Source: a virus
Lineage: Duplodnaviria; Caudoviricetes
Direction: 5' to 3' (one strand)
IMG/VR virus record: IMGVR_UViG_638276472_000001
Coordinates: 14,297-78,296 of that record
Length of the DNA stretch: 64,000 nt
The notes under the pieces were generated by a model that made no database searches, was not told where the DNA came from, and was given only the letters and a program-made list of their open reading frames with translations. A program made the translations under genes and the position numbers. Shown here piece after piece: positions 38,348 to 46,854 of this stretch (position 1 is the first letter of the stretch; the number at the start of each line of letters is the position of its first letter).

Positions 38348-38905
38348 GTGAACCCCTCTCTTGATCAAGTAGCTCTGTGTGGCCCTGTGACCAAGGATTA
38401 CGATCCCTGGTTCGAAGAGGATGATCTTGAACTTCAGATTGAAGCGCGCTCGATCTGTATGCGTTGCCCCATCCGCGTCGATTGCCTATTCCATGCTGTC
38501 GTAAACGATTTGGAGTACGGCATCTTCGGTGGGCTGAGTCCGGAAGAGCGGAAGCCGGTGCGGGACAAGCTGACTCAGCTTCCTCGAAATGAGTTGCAGC
38601 GCTTGGTATCCAAATACGAGCTTCCCAAACTTCCTGAACCCCCAGTGCCAGAAGAACTTACAGGACACGAGGCCTCCGTGGTCACCAAGATGAGCCTGCG
38701 CAACACTCGCGCTCAGCAGGCATACGAGAAGCTGCGCAACATGTCCGTCAACGACGTGACACACTACGAGGTGTACATGGATTGCGTCCGTGGCGTTATC
38801 GACAACCCCATGAAGAACGGAGAAGAGATCGCAAAAACGTTGGGGCGCAGTACCGCCATGTTCAATCAGAGGTTGCGGGAATGCTTCAACTTCTGTGGCG
38901 TGTAA
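38348..38905 (+). CDS. whiB: WhiB family transcription factor with C-terminal HTH-like extension
   Basis: C...CMRCPIRVDC...GIFGGLSPEER. Confidence 0.9.
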   Translation: MNPSLDQVALCGPVTKDYDPWFEEDDLELQIEARSICMRCPIRVDCLFHAVVNDLEYGIFGGLSPEERKPVRDKLTQLPRNELQRLVSKYELPKLPEPPVPEELTGHEASVVTKMSLRNTRAQQAYEKLRNMSVNDVTHYEVYMDCVRGVIDNPMKNGEEIAKTLGRSTAMFNQRLRECFNFCGV

Positions 38906-38935
38906 TCAGTGTTAGAATCAGGGTGGAGGTAGAGC

Positions 38936-39415
38936 GTGGCTCCCTCTGGCCCTGCTGATCATCTGGCTTTGCATTCTCCGCAAGCGTCAGCGGGGCCTCT
39001 TCTATGTTCAGCCTGCAATGAGCGACCTGTCCGATATAAAAATCGGGGGTTGTGTCACCCCTGCTATGTGAGGCCACCATCTGAACGAGGCAAACCCCGC
39101 AAGAAAATCCGCCGAATGTTAAGCCCCACTTGCTCTTACGACACGGCGCACACAAGATGTAAGAATCTGTGGGGCTCGGCTTCCCTGTATCCCTGTATTC
39201 AATGCAGCGAGCCTGCACGTGAATGGGCTTATGATGGAACCGACCCTACAGAGATGATGGGGTTTTCGGGAGCCCCTGGTACGAAACGGCAGGAGCGGCG
39301 CGGTGGAACTGAGATGGCGTATTCCGCGTGGCCAGAGTTTTACATGCCTATGTGCAGCACTTGCCATTCCGCGTTTGACCACCCGGGCGACGTTGGTACG
39401 AACCCTGATTGGTGA
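38936..39415 (+). CDS. HNH-like endonuclease
   Basis: AH...CIQC...EWAY...YMPMCSTCHSAFD, with N-terminal CxxC...CxxCY. Confidence 0.65.
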   Translation: MAPSGPADHLALHSPQASAGPLLCSACNERPVRYKNRGLCHPCYVRPPSERGKPRKKIRRMLSPTCSYDTAHTRCKNLWGSASLYPCIQCSEPAREWAYDGTDPTEMMGFSGAPGTKRQERRGGTEMAYSAWPEFYMPMCSTCHSAFDHPGDVGTNPDW

Positions 39416-39430
39416 AAACTGATCTGGGTT

Positions 39431-39799
39431 ATGGTGGTGTACATGAAAACTTACATTGCGGGGCCGATGTCGGGTATCCCCGAATACAATCATCCGGCCT
39501 TCAACGCGATGGCGAAACGCTTGCGGGACGTTGGTATTGACGTTCTGAACCCGGCTGAGATTGATGCCGCTGACCCGCATGATATGCCCGTGCAGCCGTG
39601 GGAGTTTTATCTGCGCCGGGACCTGGAATTGGTTGCGCGGGAGGTGGATCGGATGGTGATGCTTCCCGGCTGGAGAGAATCCAAGGGTGCGCGTTTGGAG
39701 CATCACGTGGGGAAGGCTTTGAAGATGGAGATCGTCTACCCTTCCCGGTTCGAAGAGTGGTTCGAGGAGCAGCAGAAGAAGGCGTATCAGTATGCCTGA
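39431..39799 (+). CDS. DUF4406 / nucleoside 2-deoxyribosyltransferase-like protein
   Basis: YIAGPMSG...NHPAF...LNPAE...LPGWRESKGARLE. Confidence 0.88.
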   Translation: MVVYMKTYIAGPMSGIPEYNHPAFNAMAKRLRDVGIDVLNPAEIDAADPHDMPVQPWEFYLRRDLELVAREVDRMVMLPGWRESKGARLEHHVGKALKMEIVYPSRFEEWFEEQQKKAYQYA

Positions 39800-40082
39800 G
39801 AACAGGATTGGCCAGCGGATCGAGGTTGGCGACGTGATCACCCACACCACCGCATCCCAGCATGCCTCCCTCTCACTCGGTTTCGTGCGTGGATTCACGG
39901 AGACGAAGTGGCGCGGCACACAGGTCAAGGTCACGTGGGTGTGGAGTGGTGGCTACTCCCGCAAGGGTCGCATTGTGAAGACCATGGTTGGCCTCAGAAC
40001 TGTCACCAAGATTGATCCCTCCACTATCGACCCTGAGCTTCAGGTGCTACTCAACGATGAGATGATGGAGGAAGGGCTGTGA
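39792..40082 (+). CDS. hypothetical protein
   Basis: 96 aa, GQRIEVGDVI. Confidence 0.75.
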   Translation: MPENRIGQRIEVGDVITHTTASQHASLSLGFVRGFTETKWRGTQVKVTWVWSGGYSRKGRIVKTMVGLRTVTKIDPSTIDPELQVLLNDEMMEEGL

Positions 40083-40756
40083 CCGAAGTTCGCAAGACCT
40101 CAAAGACTGGAGGCCAGAAGGGCAGCAAGCCTCAGCAGCCAGCTCTCATCCCATCTGACGTTCTCTTGGAGCTTTCCGAGGTGTATGCCATCGGTGCCGA
40201 GAAGTACGATGACCACAACTGGCGTAAGGGCTACGAGTGGCAGCTTTCCATCAACGCGGCGATGCGTCACCTCATGCTGTTCAATGCCGGTGAGGATTAC
40301 GACATCTGCAAATGTGAGAAGCAGAACGATCCGCCCGCGTATCCGTGCAAGGGTTGTGGTGCGACCGGCAAGAAGCACATCCTCATGTGTGCATGGCACT
40401 GCATATCCCTGGCTTGGTATATGAACAACAAGCCCGAGTTCGATGACAGGGCAGCCCGTTTCGATGAGAAGCAGGCCATCGTGAAGACTCCGAAGTTCGA
40501 TGATCCCGTTCTGATGACGACGTGGGAAGACCTCTATGTTGAAGGGTCTTGCGAGGATCAGTACGAGTTGAACCAGGAATGGCATCGGGACCACATGTGG
40601 AAGTCGTTGACCCACGGCCTGATCTACAGGTACAACCGTGACGATGCCAACTGGGCATCGTGGGATGCGGGCGATCAGTGTTGGGTCGATAGCATCTTCG
40701 AATATCCCATCAGGGAGATGGGGCCATTCCGCGTGTTCACTGGAGAGTTGCCGTGA
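40079..40756 (+). CDS. dATP/dGTP diphosphohydrolase domain protein (DUF5664-like)
   Basis: GGQKGSK...GAEKYDDHNWRKG...AAMRH. Confidence 0.85.
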   Translation: MTEVRKTSKTGGQKGSKPQQPALIPSDVLLELSEVYAIGAEKYDDHNWRKGYEWQLSINAAMRHLMLFNAGEDYDICKCEKQNDPPAYPCKGCGATGKKHILMCAWHCISLAWYMNNKPEFDDRAARFDEKQAIVKTPKFDDPVLMTTWEDLYVEGSCEDQYELNQEWHRDHMWKSLTHGLIYRYNRDDANWASWDAGDQCWVDSIFEYPIREMGPFRVFTGELP

Positions 40757-41004
40757 CATTGGGCGCGAAAGTCACCATAGGCCTCTGGGGCGCGGCCATC
40801 TTCTGGGACCTGATTTGCCCTGAGGGGCAGACGGTTTCGGAAGCGGTCGAACGAGGCCTGAACAACCCGCGTACGGAACCCTTTGTGCTACTTGCACTTA
40901 CCACCACAGCGCTGCATTTGATGCGGTCGGTGGACCCGAAGTACGACCTGTATTCGATTGGGTTCAACGTGGTTGACAAACTGCGAAAGAAGAATCATGA
41001 GTGA
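40753..41004 (+). CDS. small membrane protein
   Basis: Hydrophobic segments, GTGA overlap. Confidence 0.7.
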   Translation: MTLGAKVTIGLWGAAIFWDLICPEGQTVSEAVERGLNNPRTEPFVLLALTTTALHLMRSVDPKYDLYSIGFNVVDKLRKKNHE

Positions 41005-41857
41005 ACCAAGGGTAGTGACGCTGGACATTGAGCGTCAGAGCGCCATCGTTGGCGGTGTCTGGCAACTCAAGCAGCACGGCTACATCCCGCCGAGGAACAT
41101 CATCATTCCCGCTCGTACCATCTGTTTCGCGTGGAAGTGGTGGGGAGAAGACGAGATCCACTTCTCTTCGGAGTGGGACCCGTACGACGACGGCACAATC
41201 TGTAAGCCGTTGCCTTACAGGAACACTGGACTTCTTGAGGTGTACCCCGGTCACGAAGATATGATTCGCCGCGCGCGAGATGTCATGTCGCAGGCCGACT
41301 TTGTGGTGGGGTGGAATTCCAAGCAGTTCGACATGGGCAACCTGCGTTCGCACATGGCCGAGTATAACATGAATCCCCCTGCGCCGCACCACGATCTGGA
41401 CCTCATCAAGGTGTCCCGGTCCCAGTTCGGTTTCATGTCACACACTCTCGAAGAGGCGGCGGCGCACTTTGGTCTCGACGGCAAGATGCCCCATTCCGGC
41501 GAGCTGTGGAACGACCTGCGTTGGCTACCGTACTTCGACCCCGATGGGGAGAAGCTACAGACCTCCCGCTCCCTCATGAAGCAATACAACCAGCGCGACG
41601 TGGAACTCACCGAGCAGGTCTTCATGAAGATGATCCCGTGGATTCCGCGTCTCAACCTGTACGGCAACCCCGAACTCGCAGACGAGTTGGATGCCGATAT
41701 CCGTTGCCGTCGTTGCAATTCCGACGACCTCGATTGGACTGCCGCTGGCCCGCGTCGCTTCTCGTCCTACTGGTACAGGCGTTTCCACTGCCGGACCTGT
41801 GGCGGATGGGGACATGGTAATAAGAGCTACTATCGCCAAGAGACCAGCTCAGATTGA
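40997..41857 (+). CDS. RNase H-like/DnaQ-family 3'-5' exonuclease with C-terminal Zn ribbon
   Basis: LDIE, GWNSKQFD, HDLDL, YNQRDV, and CRRC...CRTC. Confidence 0.85.
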   Translation: MSEPRVVTLDIERQSAIVGGVWQLKQHGYIPPRNIIIPARTICFAWKWWGEDEIHFSSEWDPYDDGTICKPLPYRNTGLLEVYPGHEDMIRRARDVMSQADFVVGWNSKQFDMGNLRSHMAEYNMNPPAPHHDLDLIKVSRSQFGFMSHTLEEAAAHFGLDGKMPHSGELWNDLRWLPYFDPDGEKLQTSRSLMKQYNQRDVELTEQVFMKMIPWIPRLNLYGNPELADELDADIRCRRCNSDDLDWTAAGPRRFSSYWYRRFHCRTCGGWGHGNKSYYRQETSSD

Positions 41858-42222
41858 AACGCTGCCTGAGGTGCGACCGGCTGAAGCCGCATGGTCAGTT
41901 CAGTCGATGGAAGCACGGAGACGGATACCAGACCTGGTGCAATCATTGCTTCCGGATTTGGCGATATCGCCTTACCCCGCAACAGTTTTCAGCCATGTAC
42001 GAGACCCAGGCTGGCCGCTGCGCCATTTGCATTGAGCCTATCGAGATTGAAACTTGTTGTATCGACCATGATCACAAGTGTTGCCCCGGTAATAGATCGT
42101 GCGGCAGGTGCGTGCGTGGCCTGCTCTGCAAGAGCTGCAATCATGGATTGGGGGACTTCAGGGAAGATGAGTTGATCATGAACCGGGCCATCGCCTATGT
42201 GGCGAAAACTGATCGGCTATAA
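41854..42222 (+). CDS. endonuclease VII family protein
   Basis: QAGRCAIC...IDHDH...VRGLLCKSCNHGLG. Confidence 0.9.
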   Translation: MKRCLRCDRLKPHGQFSRWKHGDGYQTWCNHCFRIWRYRLTPQQFSAMYETQAGRCAICIEPIEIETCCIDHDHKCCPGNRSCGRCVRGLLCKSCNHGLGDFREDELIMNRAIAYVAKTDRL

Positions 42223-42361
42223 GATCATCACATGGGTTATTTCAGCACCTCCCACAAGTACGCTCCCGGTCTCGGTGGCGCTATGGAGGGGGAAATGAAG
42301 AAGATTCTCCGACAGTGGCGCAGGGCCGGTATCGGAGTCGTACGTGAGAGGAAGAAGTAAC

Positions 42362-42685
42362 ATGGCTGCACGTCGTAACAAGCTGCGCGAGGTCAAGACC
42401 AGCGTCGAACTGGCTGAGCTGAAGCCGTTCTCGGTGATCCTGTTGGGCAATTCGGAGCGCCCCGACCTGGGTGGTATCGCGGTCCAGCGTGCCGACGAGC
42501 CTGACGCCTGGTACCCGGTGCGTCTCGGTTACAGCCTGACGACTGGCGACATCGCCAGGTTTCTGCACGAGGGCAAGGGTGACCTGAACACCGCGTTCGT
42601 CGTGTACGAGGGTGTCGAGCAGGAAGAACTCGACGGCTGGGACGAAGTGCTGCACCCCGAAGAGAGGGCGGATGAGGGTGAGTGA
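42362..42685 (+). CDS. hypothetical protein
   Basis: SD GAGGA before ATG. Confidence 0.75.
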   Translation: MAARRNKLREVKTSVELAELKPFSVILLGNSERPDLGGIAVQRADEPDAWYPVRLGYSLTTGDIARFLHEGKGDLNTAFVVYEGVEQEELDGWDEVLHPEERADEGE

Positions 42686-43175
42686 CCCAACCGCAATCAC
42701 CATGAACAGCAACGGAAACCGGATTATCGGTGTCACTGCTCATGGTGGTATCGGGTTCGATGCCCCGCTGGTCTCGCAGATCAAGGGTAACCTATACCAG
42801 GGCGGCAACGACTTCCGCGTCCAGCTCGATCCCCGCTTCCAGCACATGATTTCGCTGTACCCGTGGGGGCGGTACCCGTTGGCGCATCCGCTGGAGACCG
42901 AGGTGTACATCACCATGTACGACTCCACCGACGAGGCCGCGCCCCAGTTGGACATCTTGGCCAACCTGGTGAATGTGTGCCGCGCTGATGGCCCCACCCT
43001 GGTCCATTGCCAAGCGGGATTAAATCGTTCGTCTCTTGTCGTGGCCCGTGCCCTGTTCCTGGGCGGGGATTTCAATGACGGCAATGAGATTGTGGACTTC
43101 ATCCGTCAGCGGCGTTCCCCGGCATGCCTGTGCAATCCGCTCTTCGAAGAGAAGGTGCGCTCGTGGCAGCGTTGA
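42678..43175 (+). CDS. dual-specificity/tyrosine phosphatase
   Basis: VHCQAGLNRS (HCxxGxxR). Confidence 0.9.
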   Translation: MSDPTAITMNSNGNRIIGVTAHGGIGFDAPLVSQIKGNLYQGGNDFRVQLDPRFQHMISLYPWGRYPLAHPLETEVYITMYDSTDEAAPQLDILANLVNVCRADGPTLVHCQAGLNRSSLVVARALFLGGDFNDGNEIVDFIRQRRSPACLCNPLFEEKVRSWQR

Positions 43176-43411
43176 GCCGCATGGGCAAGGTGTGGGTCAT
43201 CGTTGTTGGCTCTGTCGATGACTACGAGAGTTGGCATATCGACGGTGAGCATATGTACTACAGCGAGGCGCAGGCGCGTCGCCACGCACCCTTTCATGCT
43301 TTCGGCGCAAGTGGGGTGCGTCGTCCGTGGATTCACTTGCTAGAGTTGGATTTTACTGGCGGCAACATCGAATGGGCTTGGCGCGATGATATACTTGAGG
43401 GAGACAAATGA
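43172..43411 (+). CDS. hypothetical protein
   Basis: TTGA overlap. Alternative ATG at 43181. Confidence 0.65.
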   Translation: MSRMGKVWVIVVGSVDDYESWHIDGEHMYYSEAQARRHAPFHAFGASGVRRPWIHLLELDFTGGNIEWAWRDDILEGDK

Positions 43412-43566
43412 TTCCGGATGGCACCAAGCGTAAGTGCGCTGGCGGGGATCACGACATCAAGTTCTCCCGAGTGTTGGGTTGGCATCACACGTCCAAGCAG
43501 GACTGGATTGACCAGCCGCACAAGGCATCTCCCAGGAAGTACAAGCGTGTGCGACCTGAGTCATGA
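43408..43566 (+). CDS. small hypothetical protein (52 aa)
   Basis: SD GAGGGAG, ATGA overlap, MIPDGTKRKC... Confidence 0.6.
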   Translation: MIPDGTKRKCAGGDHDIKFSRVLGWHHTSKQDWIDQPHKASPRKYKRVRPES

Positions 43567-43658
43567 GCCGATAGGCATCATTGGCGGGATCAAAGTGGTT
43601 GTGTGCAAAGACATCCCGCCCAGTGGCTTCTCCGGAATTGTAGTACCGGAGGGGTTCT

Positions 43659-43823
43659 GTGGCACGACGTGGGAAGAAGCGCAAGGGAACTCGCAAGTCG
43701 CTGAAGAAGCCACGGCTGTACGACAAGCTGCGCCGTAAGGGGTACTCCAAGGAAAAGGCAGCAAGGATTTCCAACGCGGTCGCCAACGGAACGATTGACC
43801 GCCGTAGGCGTAAGCGCCGCTAG
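43659..43823 (+). CDS. small highly basic protein (54 aa)
   Basis: SD GGAGGGG, MARRGKKRKGTRKSLKKPRLYDKLRRKGYSKEKAARISNAVANGTIDRRRRKRR. Confidence 0.75.
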   Translation: MARRGKKRKGTRKSLKKPRLYDKLRRKGYSKEKAARISNAVANGTIDRRRRKRR

Positions 43824-43832
43824 GAGATTCCA

Positions 43833-44150
43833 ATGCCGACGAGTAGTGCCAATGGGCCACGCTCCCTTGGTCGTACAGGATCTCGCTACCTTTCAGCGCG
43901 ACGACAAGTGTTGGAAGCCAACCCGATCTGTCACCTGTGCGGGGAACTCATTGACCTGGACTTGAAGTGGCCCGATCCCATGTATGGGACGGCTGACCAC
44001 ATCATTCCGGTCAAGGATCTTGCACGTGACGATCCCAGGCTCTATGACCCGAAGAACCTTAGGCCAGCACATCTTTCGTGCAATGCGCGCCGAGGTTCGA
44101 CTAAGCACAAGGTGGACCACCCCAATAGTCTTGTTTTGCGCATGGGCTGA
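43833..44150 (+). CDS. HNH endonuclease (packaging-type)
   Basis: CHLC...ADHIIP...NLRPAHLSCNARRG. Confidence 0.9.
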   Translation: MPTSSANGPRSLGRTGSRYLSARRQVLEANPICHLCGELIDLDLKWPDPMYGTADHIIPVKDLARDDPRLYDPKNLRPAHLSCNARRGSTKHKVDHPNSLVLRMG

Positions 44151-44189
44151 TACAATCAAGGTGGAAAGCTTTCCCTTTTAGGAGATATC

Positions 44190-44414
44190 ATGGCAGACGT
44201 AGAATACCCAGAACCGGGTAAGGGACCTTTCGGTGTGACCGCACCTTCGAAGGCTCAGAAGGCTGAAGACCTGGCGAAGGTTACTGCACCAGAAGTGACT
44301 TCGGTGAATCCGGAGCCGTACACCGAGGAAGAGTTGAACCATCGCTTCAACCATGTTCCTGGCGACAGCTTCGCGGGTGACCCGGCGATCACCATTCAGG
44401 GCATCAACGACTAA
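44190..44414 (+). CDS. hypothetical protein
   Basis: SD AGGAGA, TACAAT upstream. Confidence 0.75.
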   Translation: MADVEYPEPGKGPFGVTAPSKAQKAEDLAKVTAPEVTSVNPEPYTEEELNHRFNHVPGDSFAGDPAITIQGIND

Positions 44415-44515
44415 CAGCCGAAAACTGATACCGGATATGATGAGTAGGACCGAGAGACAGGGTTCACTCTCTTCCGGCTAGCAGGTCCCAGCTAGTGGTC
44501 GAAATGGGACCATAT

Positions 44516-44586
44516 GCGCTGATAGTGTAGTGGTAACACGGCAAGCTCCAACCTTGCTATCTGGGGTTCAAGTCCTCATCAGCGTG
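44516..44586 (+). tRNA. tRNA-Trp(CCA)
   Basis: Full cloverleaf, anticodon loop CTCCAAC. Confidence 0.93.
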
Positions 44587-44621
44587 CTTGTGCTTTTGAT
44601 AACTACATAGTGAATCTTTAT

Positions 44622-45036
44622 GGGGCTGACAGGTTTTCGATTACGTGACTAGAGAATTCGAGAAGCGTGCCAGTATGTGTTCCACTGTGATGGGCACGAA
44701 CCAATAAACGCAGTCGATACTGACGTTGACTTTGCGATGTGGGAGGCCGAACTGGCTTCCGACCTCGTTGCTGCCTGAGGGTAGCAAGTCCGTTCCGCCA
44801 CAAGCCAACTGAGGGCGTGTGGATTTGGGGCGTGGTAAAACTCAGAACCACAGGGGATTAACAGCCTTTATCTGCGACCTGTTCAAAACGCACAGAGGGC
44901 AACCCGGTCGGCGGGTAACCCGTTCTAGTCCGTGGCTGATTGTGATGCTAAGCGAGGGATGAAGATTCAGCTCACTACGCACGTAGAAGGCGTATTTGAT
45001 AGACGTAAGACCCGGGTTCGATTCCCGGCAGCTCCA
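44622..45036 (+). ncRNA. ssrA: tmRNA
   Basis: 5' GGGGCTGA...TTCGA and 3' GACCCGGGTTCGATTCCCGGCAGCTCCA with G3:U70. Tag ORF 44710..44778, AVDTDVDFAMWEAELASDLVAA*, follows ATAAAC. Confidence 0.93.
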
Positions 45037-45199
45037 CAGAGCGGAAGGTCTGGGCTCGAAAGCCCAGTCAAGAGGTGTTAGGCGTTGGAAGCGTAAACCC
45101 TTTTGGTGGTGTAAAGTCAGCACGCCCGCGTTATTCTTGCCAGGCCCGTGCTGGCGTCCAGTGAGAGAGCCCGAATGAGCGACGGGCAATGCGGGAAAT

Positions 45200-45270
45200 C
45201 AGGGTGTGGTGTAGTGGTCGCATGGCTGCCTTGGAAGCAGGCGGACGCAGTTCAATTCTGCGCACCCTGA
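45200..45270 (+). tRNA. tRNA-Pro(TGG)
   Basis: C1:G72, A73, loop CTTGGAA. Confidence 0.88.
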
Positions 45271-45314
45271 CGATGCGGGCTAGTTCCCGCGAAAACTGAT
45301 GGGAGATAAGGTCA

Positions 45315-45488
45315 ATGGCGGATACGCGTTATTACGGCACTGCTGAGTTGAGCAAGGCCGCACAGGAAAAGTTGGAAGCGAAGAAGAATCCGAAGCCGAA
45401 GGTGGCTCCACGTCCCGAACCGAAGCCGGTTGCGCCGAAGGTTGAGGCCGCGAAGCTTCCGGAGAAGCGGGACGAAAAGAAGGACTAG
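45315..45488 (+). CDS. small Lys/Pro/Glu-rich protein (57 aa)
   Basis: SD GGGAG/AAGG, MADTRYYGTAELSKAAQEKLEAKKNPKPK... Confidence 0.65.
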   Translation: MADTRYYGTAELSKAAQEKLEAKKNPKPKVAPRPEPKPVAPKVEAAKLPEKRDEKKD

Positions 45489-45594
45489 CAGTTTTCCAGT
45501 TCCCCTGCAACTCAATGGAACTGGTGGTGGAAATCAGACGGCAACTCCGTTTGGCCCTGGGCGCGCCTACCCGTCCGCAACCCGGTAGGCGACT

Positions 45595-45667
45595 CGGTCG
45601 TTAGTGAAGATGGAGATCACGCGGGCCTGAAAAACCCGAGACGCAGGTTCGATTCCTGCACGACCGG
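45595..45667 (+). tRNA. tRNA-Phe(GAA)
   Basis: Cloverleaf, loop CTGAAAA. Confidence 0.88.
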
Positions 45668-45672
45668 CCTTT

Positions 45673-45749
45673 TGCGGTGTAGTGGAGTTCGGTACCATGC
45701 GAGGCTCATAACCTCTGCGACACGGGTTCAAATCCCGTCGCCGCGACCA
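45673..45749 (+). tRNA. tRNA-Met(CAT)
   Basis: Loop CTCATAA, encoded CCA. Initiator versus elongator not resolved. Confidence 0.88.
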
Positions 45750-45765
45750 AGAATTGGGGCAAATC

Positions 45766-45852
45766 ATGCGTAAGGAATACAACGACCGTTGGACTGCTGA
45801 GCTTCGTGAGCCTTATGCCTCTGAGCAGCAGGACGACGACGAGGAAGATTGA
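45766..45852 (+). CDS. possible 28-aa acidic peptide
   Basis: MRKEYNDRWTAELREPYASEQQDDDEED fills the spacer. Weak SD. Confidence 0.4.
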   Translation: MRKEYNDRWTAELREPYASEQQDDDEED

Positions 45853-45860
45853 AAAACTTT

Positions 45861-45942
45861 GCGTCAGACGCACATTGGGTAGTGCAGCGGTCTGTAAAAC
45901 CGTCGCCTTCGGGCATTGGGGGTTCAAGTCCCTCCTGACGCA
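45861..45942 (+). tRNA. tRNA-Tyr(GTA)
   Basis: Long variable arm, loop CTGTAAA. Confidence 0.92.
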
Positions 45943-46015
45943 CTTTAAGGGGTTGGTACCAAACCCCTTCGGCTTAAGAGTATTTGTGCCGACTGAAACA
46001 ATGGCTCCCCAAAAT

Positions 46016-46086
46016 GGGGGTATCGTATAATGGTATTACGCCTGCCCTGCAAGCAGGTCATTGGGGTTCAATTCCCCATACCTCCA
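46016..46086 (+). tRNA. tRNA-Ala(TGC)
   Basis: G3:U70, 5-bp anticodon stem with loop CCTGCAA (C33). Confidence 0.85.
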
Positions 46087-46141
46087 CGGGGATTCAGGTT
46101 CTCGTTCGATTCGAGATGCGACCCGTCGCTGAATCCACAAT

Positions 46142-46212
46142 GCCCGCTTAGCTCAATGGGAGAGCCACCGGCCTACACCCGGTAGACGAGAGTTCAATTC
46201 TTTCAGCGGGTA
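46142..46212 (+). tRNA. tRNA-Val(TAC)
   Basis: Loop CCTACAC (C33). Confidence 0.88.
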
Positions 46213-46282
46213 CTAGAAAGGGAAACCTGAGCCGAGACAGGTGAAACTATCGGTAAGCCGCCCGGGGCTGGACCGGGACGAT

Positions 46283-46356
46283 GGCTCGTTATGCAAACCG
46301 GCAAAGCAGCCTGCCTTAGAAGCAGGTGTTTCAGGGTTCGACTCCCTGGCGAGCTA
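46283..46356 (+). tRNA. tRNA-Leu(TAG), short variable region
   Basis: Loop CTTAGAA, Leu-type D arm, A73. Confidence 0.85.
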
Positions 46357-46414
46357 CGTAGGAAGCGGTGAGAGCCCGTTCCCTTAGACCCCAGAAGGGG
46401 AGCAGAGGGTTGAT

Positions 46415-46487
46415 GGTCGTGTAGGCAAATGGCAAAGCCGCCAAGCTCAAACCTTGGTGTTTGTGGGTTCAACTCCCACCGCGACTA
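46415..46487 (+). tRNA. tRNA-Leu(CAA), short variable region
   Basis: Loop CTCAAAC, A73. Confidence 0.85.
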
Positions 46488-46583
46488 CGTTTAGCCCCTA
46501 ACGGGTCCGAGTCTTGGGAGTTGTCGTTCCCCAAGTCCGAGTGCTAAGCAAAAACCCCAAAGGCCAAGGGGTAACGACATTTT

Positions 46584-46656
46584 GAGGGTGAAGTGTTAAC
46601 GGTATGCACGGCTGTCTTCCAAACAGCAAGAGCGAGTTCGATTCTCGTCACCCTCA
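46584..46656 (+). tRNA. tRNA-Gly(TCC)
   Basis: Loop CTTCCAA. Confidence 0.88.
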
Positions 46657-46732
46657 CGCGTGTTGGTCGTGATTCGTGAAACGCGACTAGGGTTGTAACC
46701 TGTTGCCGTGCACAGCAACTGAAGAACAGTAT

Positions 46733-46803
46733 GTGGACGTGATGTAATGGTAGCCTCCCCGCTTGCCAAGCAGGGTGTGCGGGTTCAATTCCCGTCGTCC
46801 GCA
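46733..46803 (+). tRNA. tRNA-Gly(GCC)
   Basis: Loop TTGCCAA, some stem mismatches. Confidence 0.8.
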
Positions 46804-46854
46804 CTTGCGACCTTAGGTGGGTTTGGAGGTCTGTAAACATGAGACCCACCAGCT

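Noticed and set aside
46016-46086. tRNA-Cys(GCA) call
   Set aside because: The 5-bp stem centres TGC, and G3:U70 with A73 are Ala determinants. A proper tRNA-Cys exists at 47586.
46357-46413. Twister ribozyme resemblance (CGGTGAGAGCCCG...GCAGAGGG)
   Set aside because: The required pseudoknot complementarity and the UAAC strand were not found.
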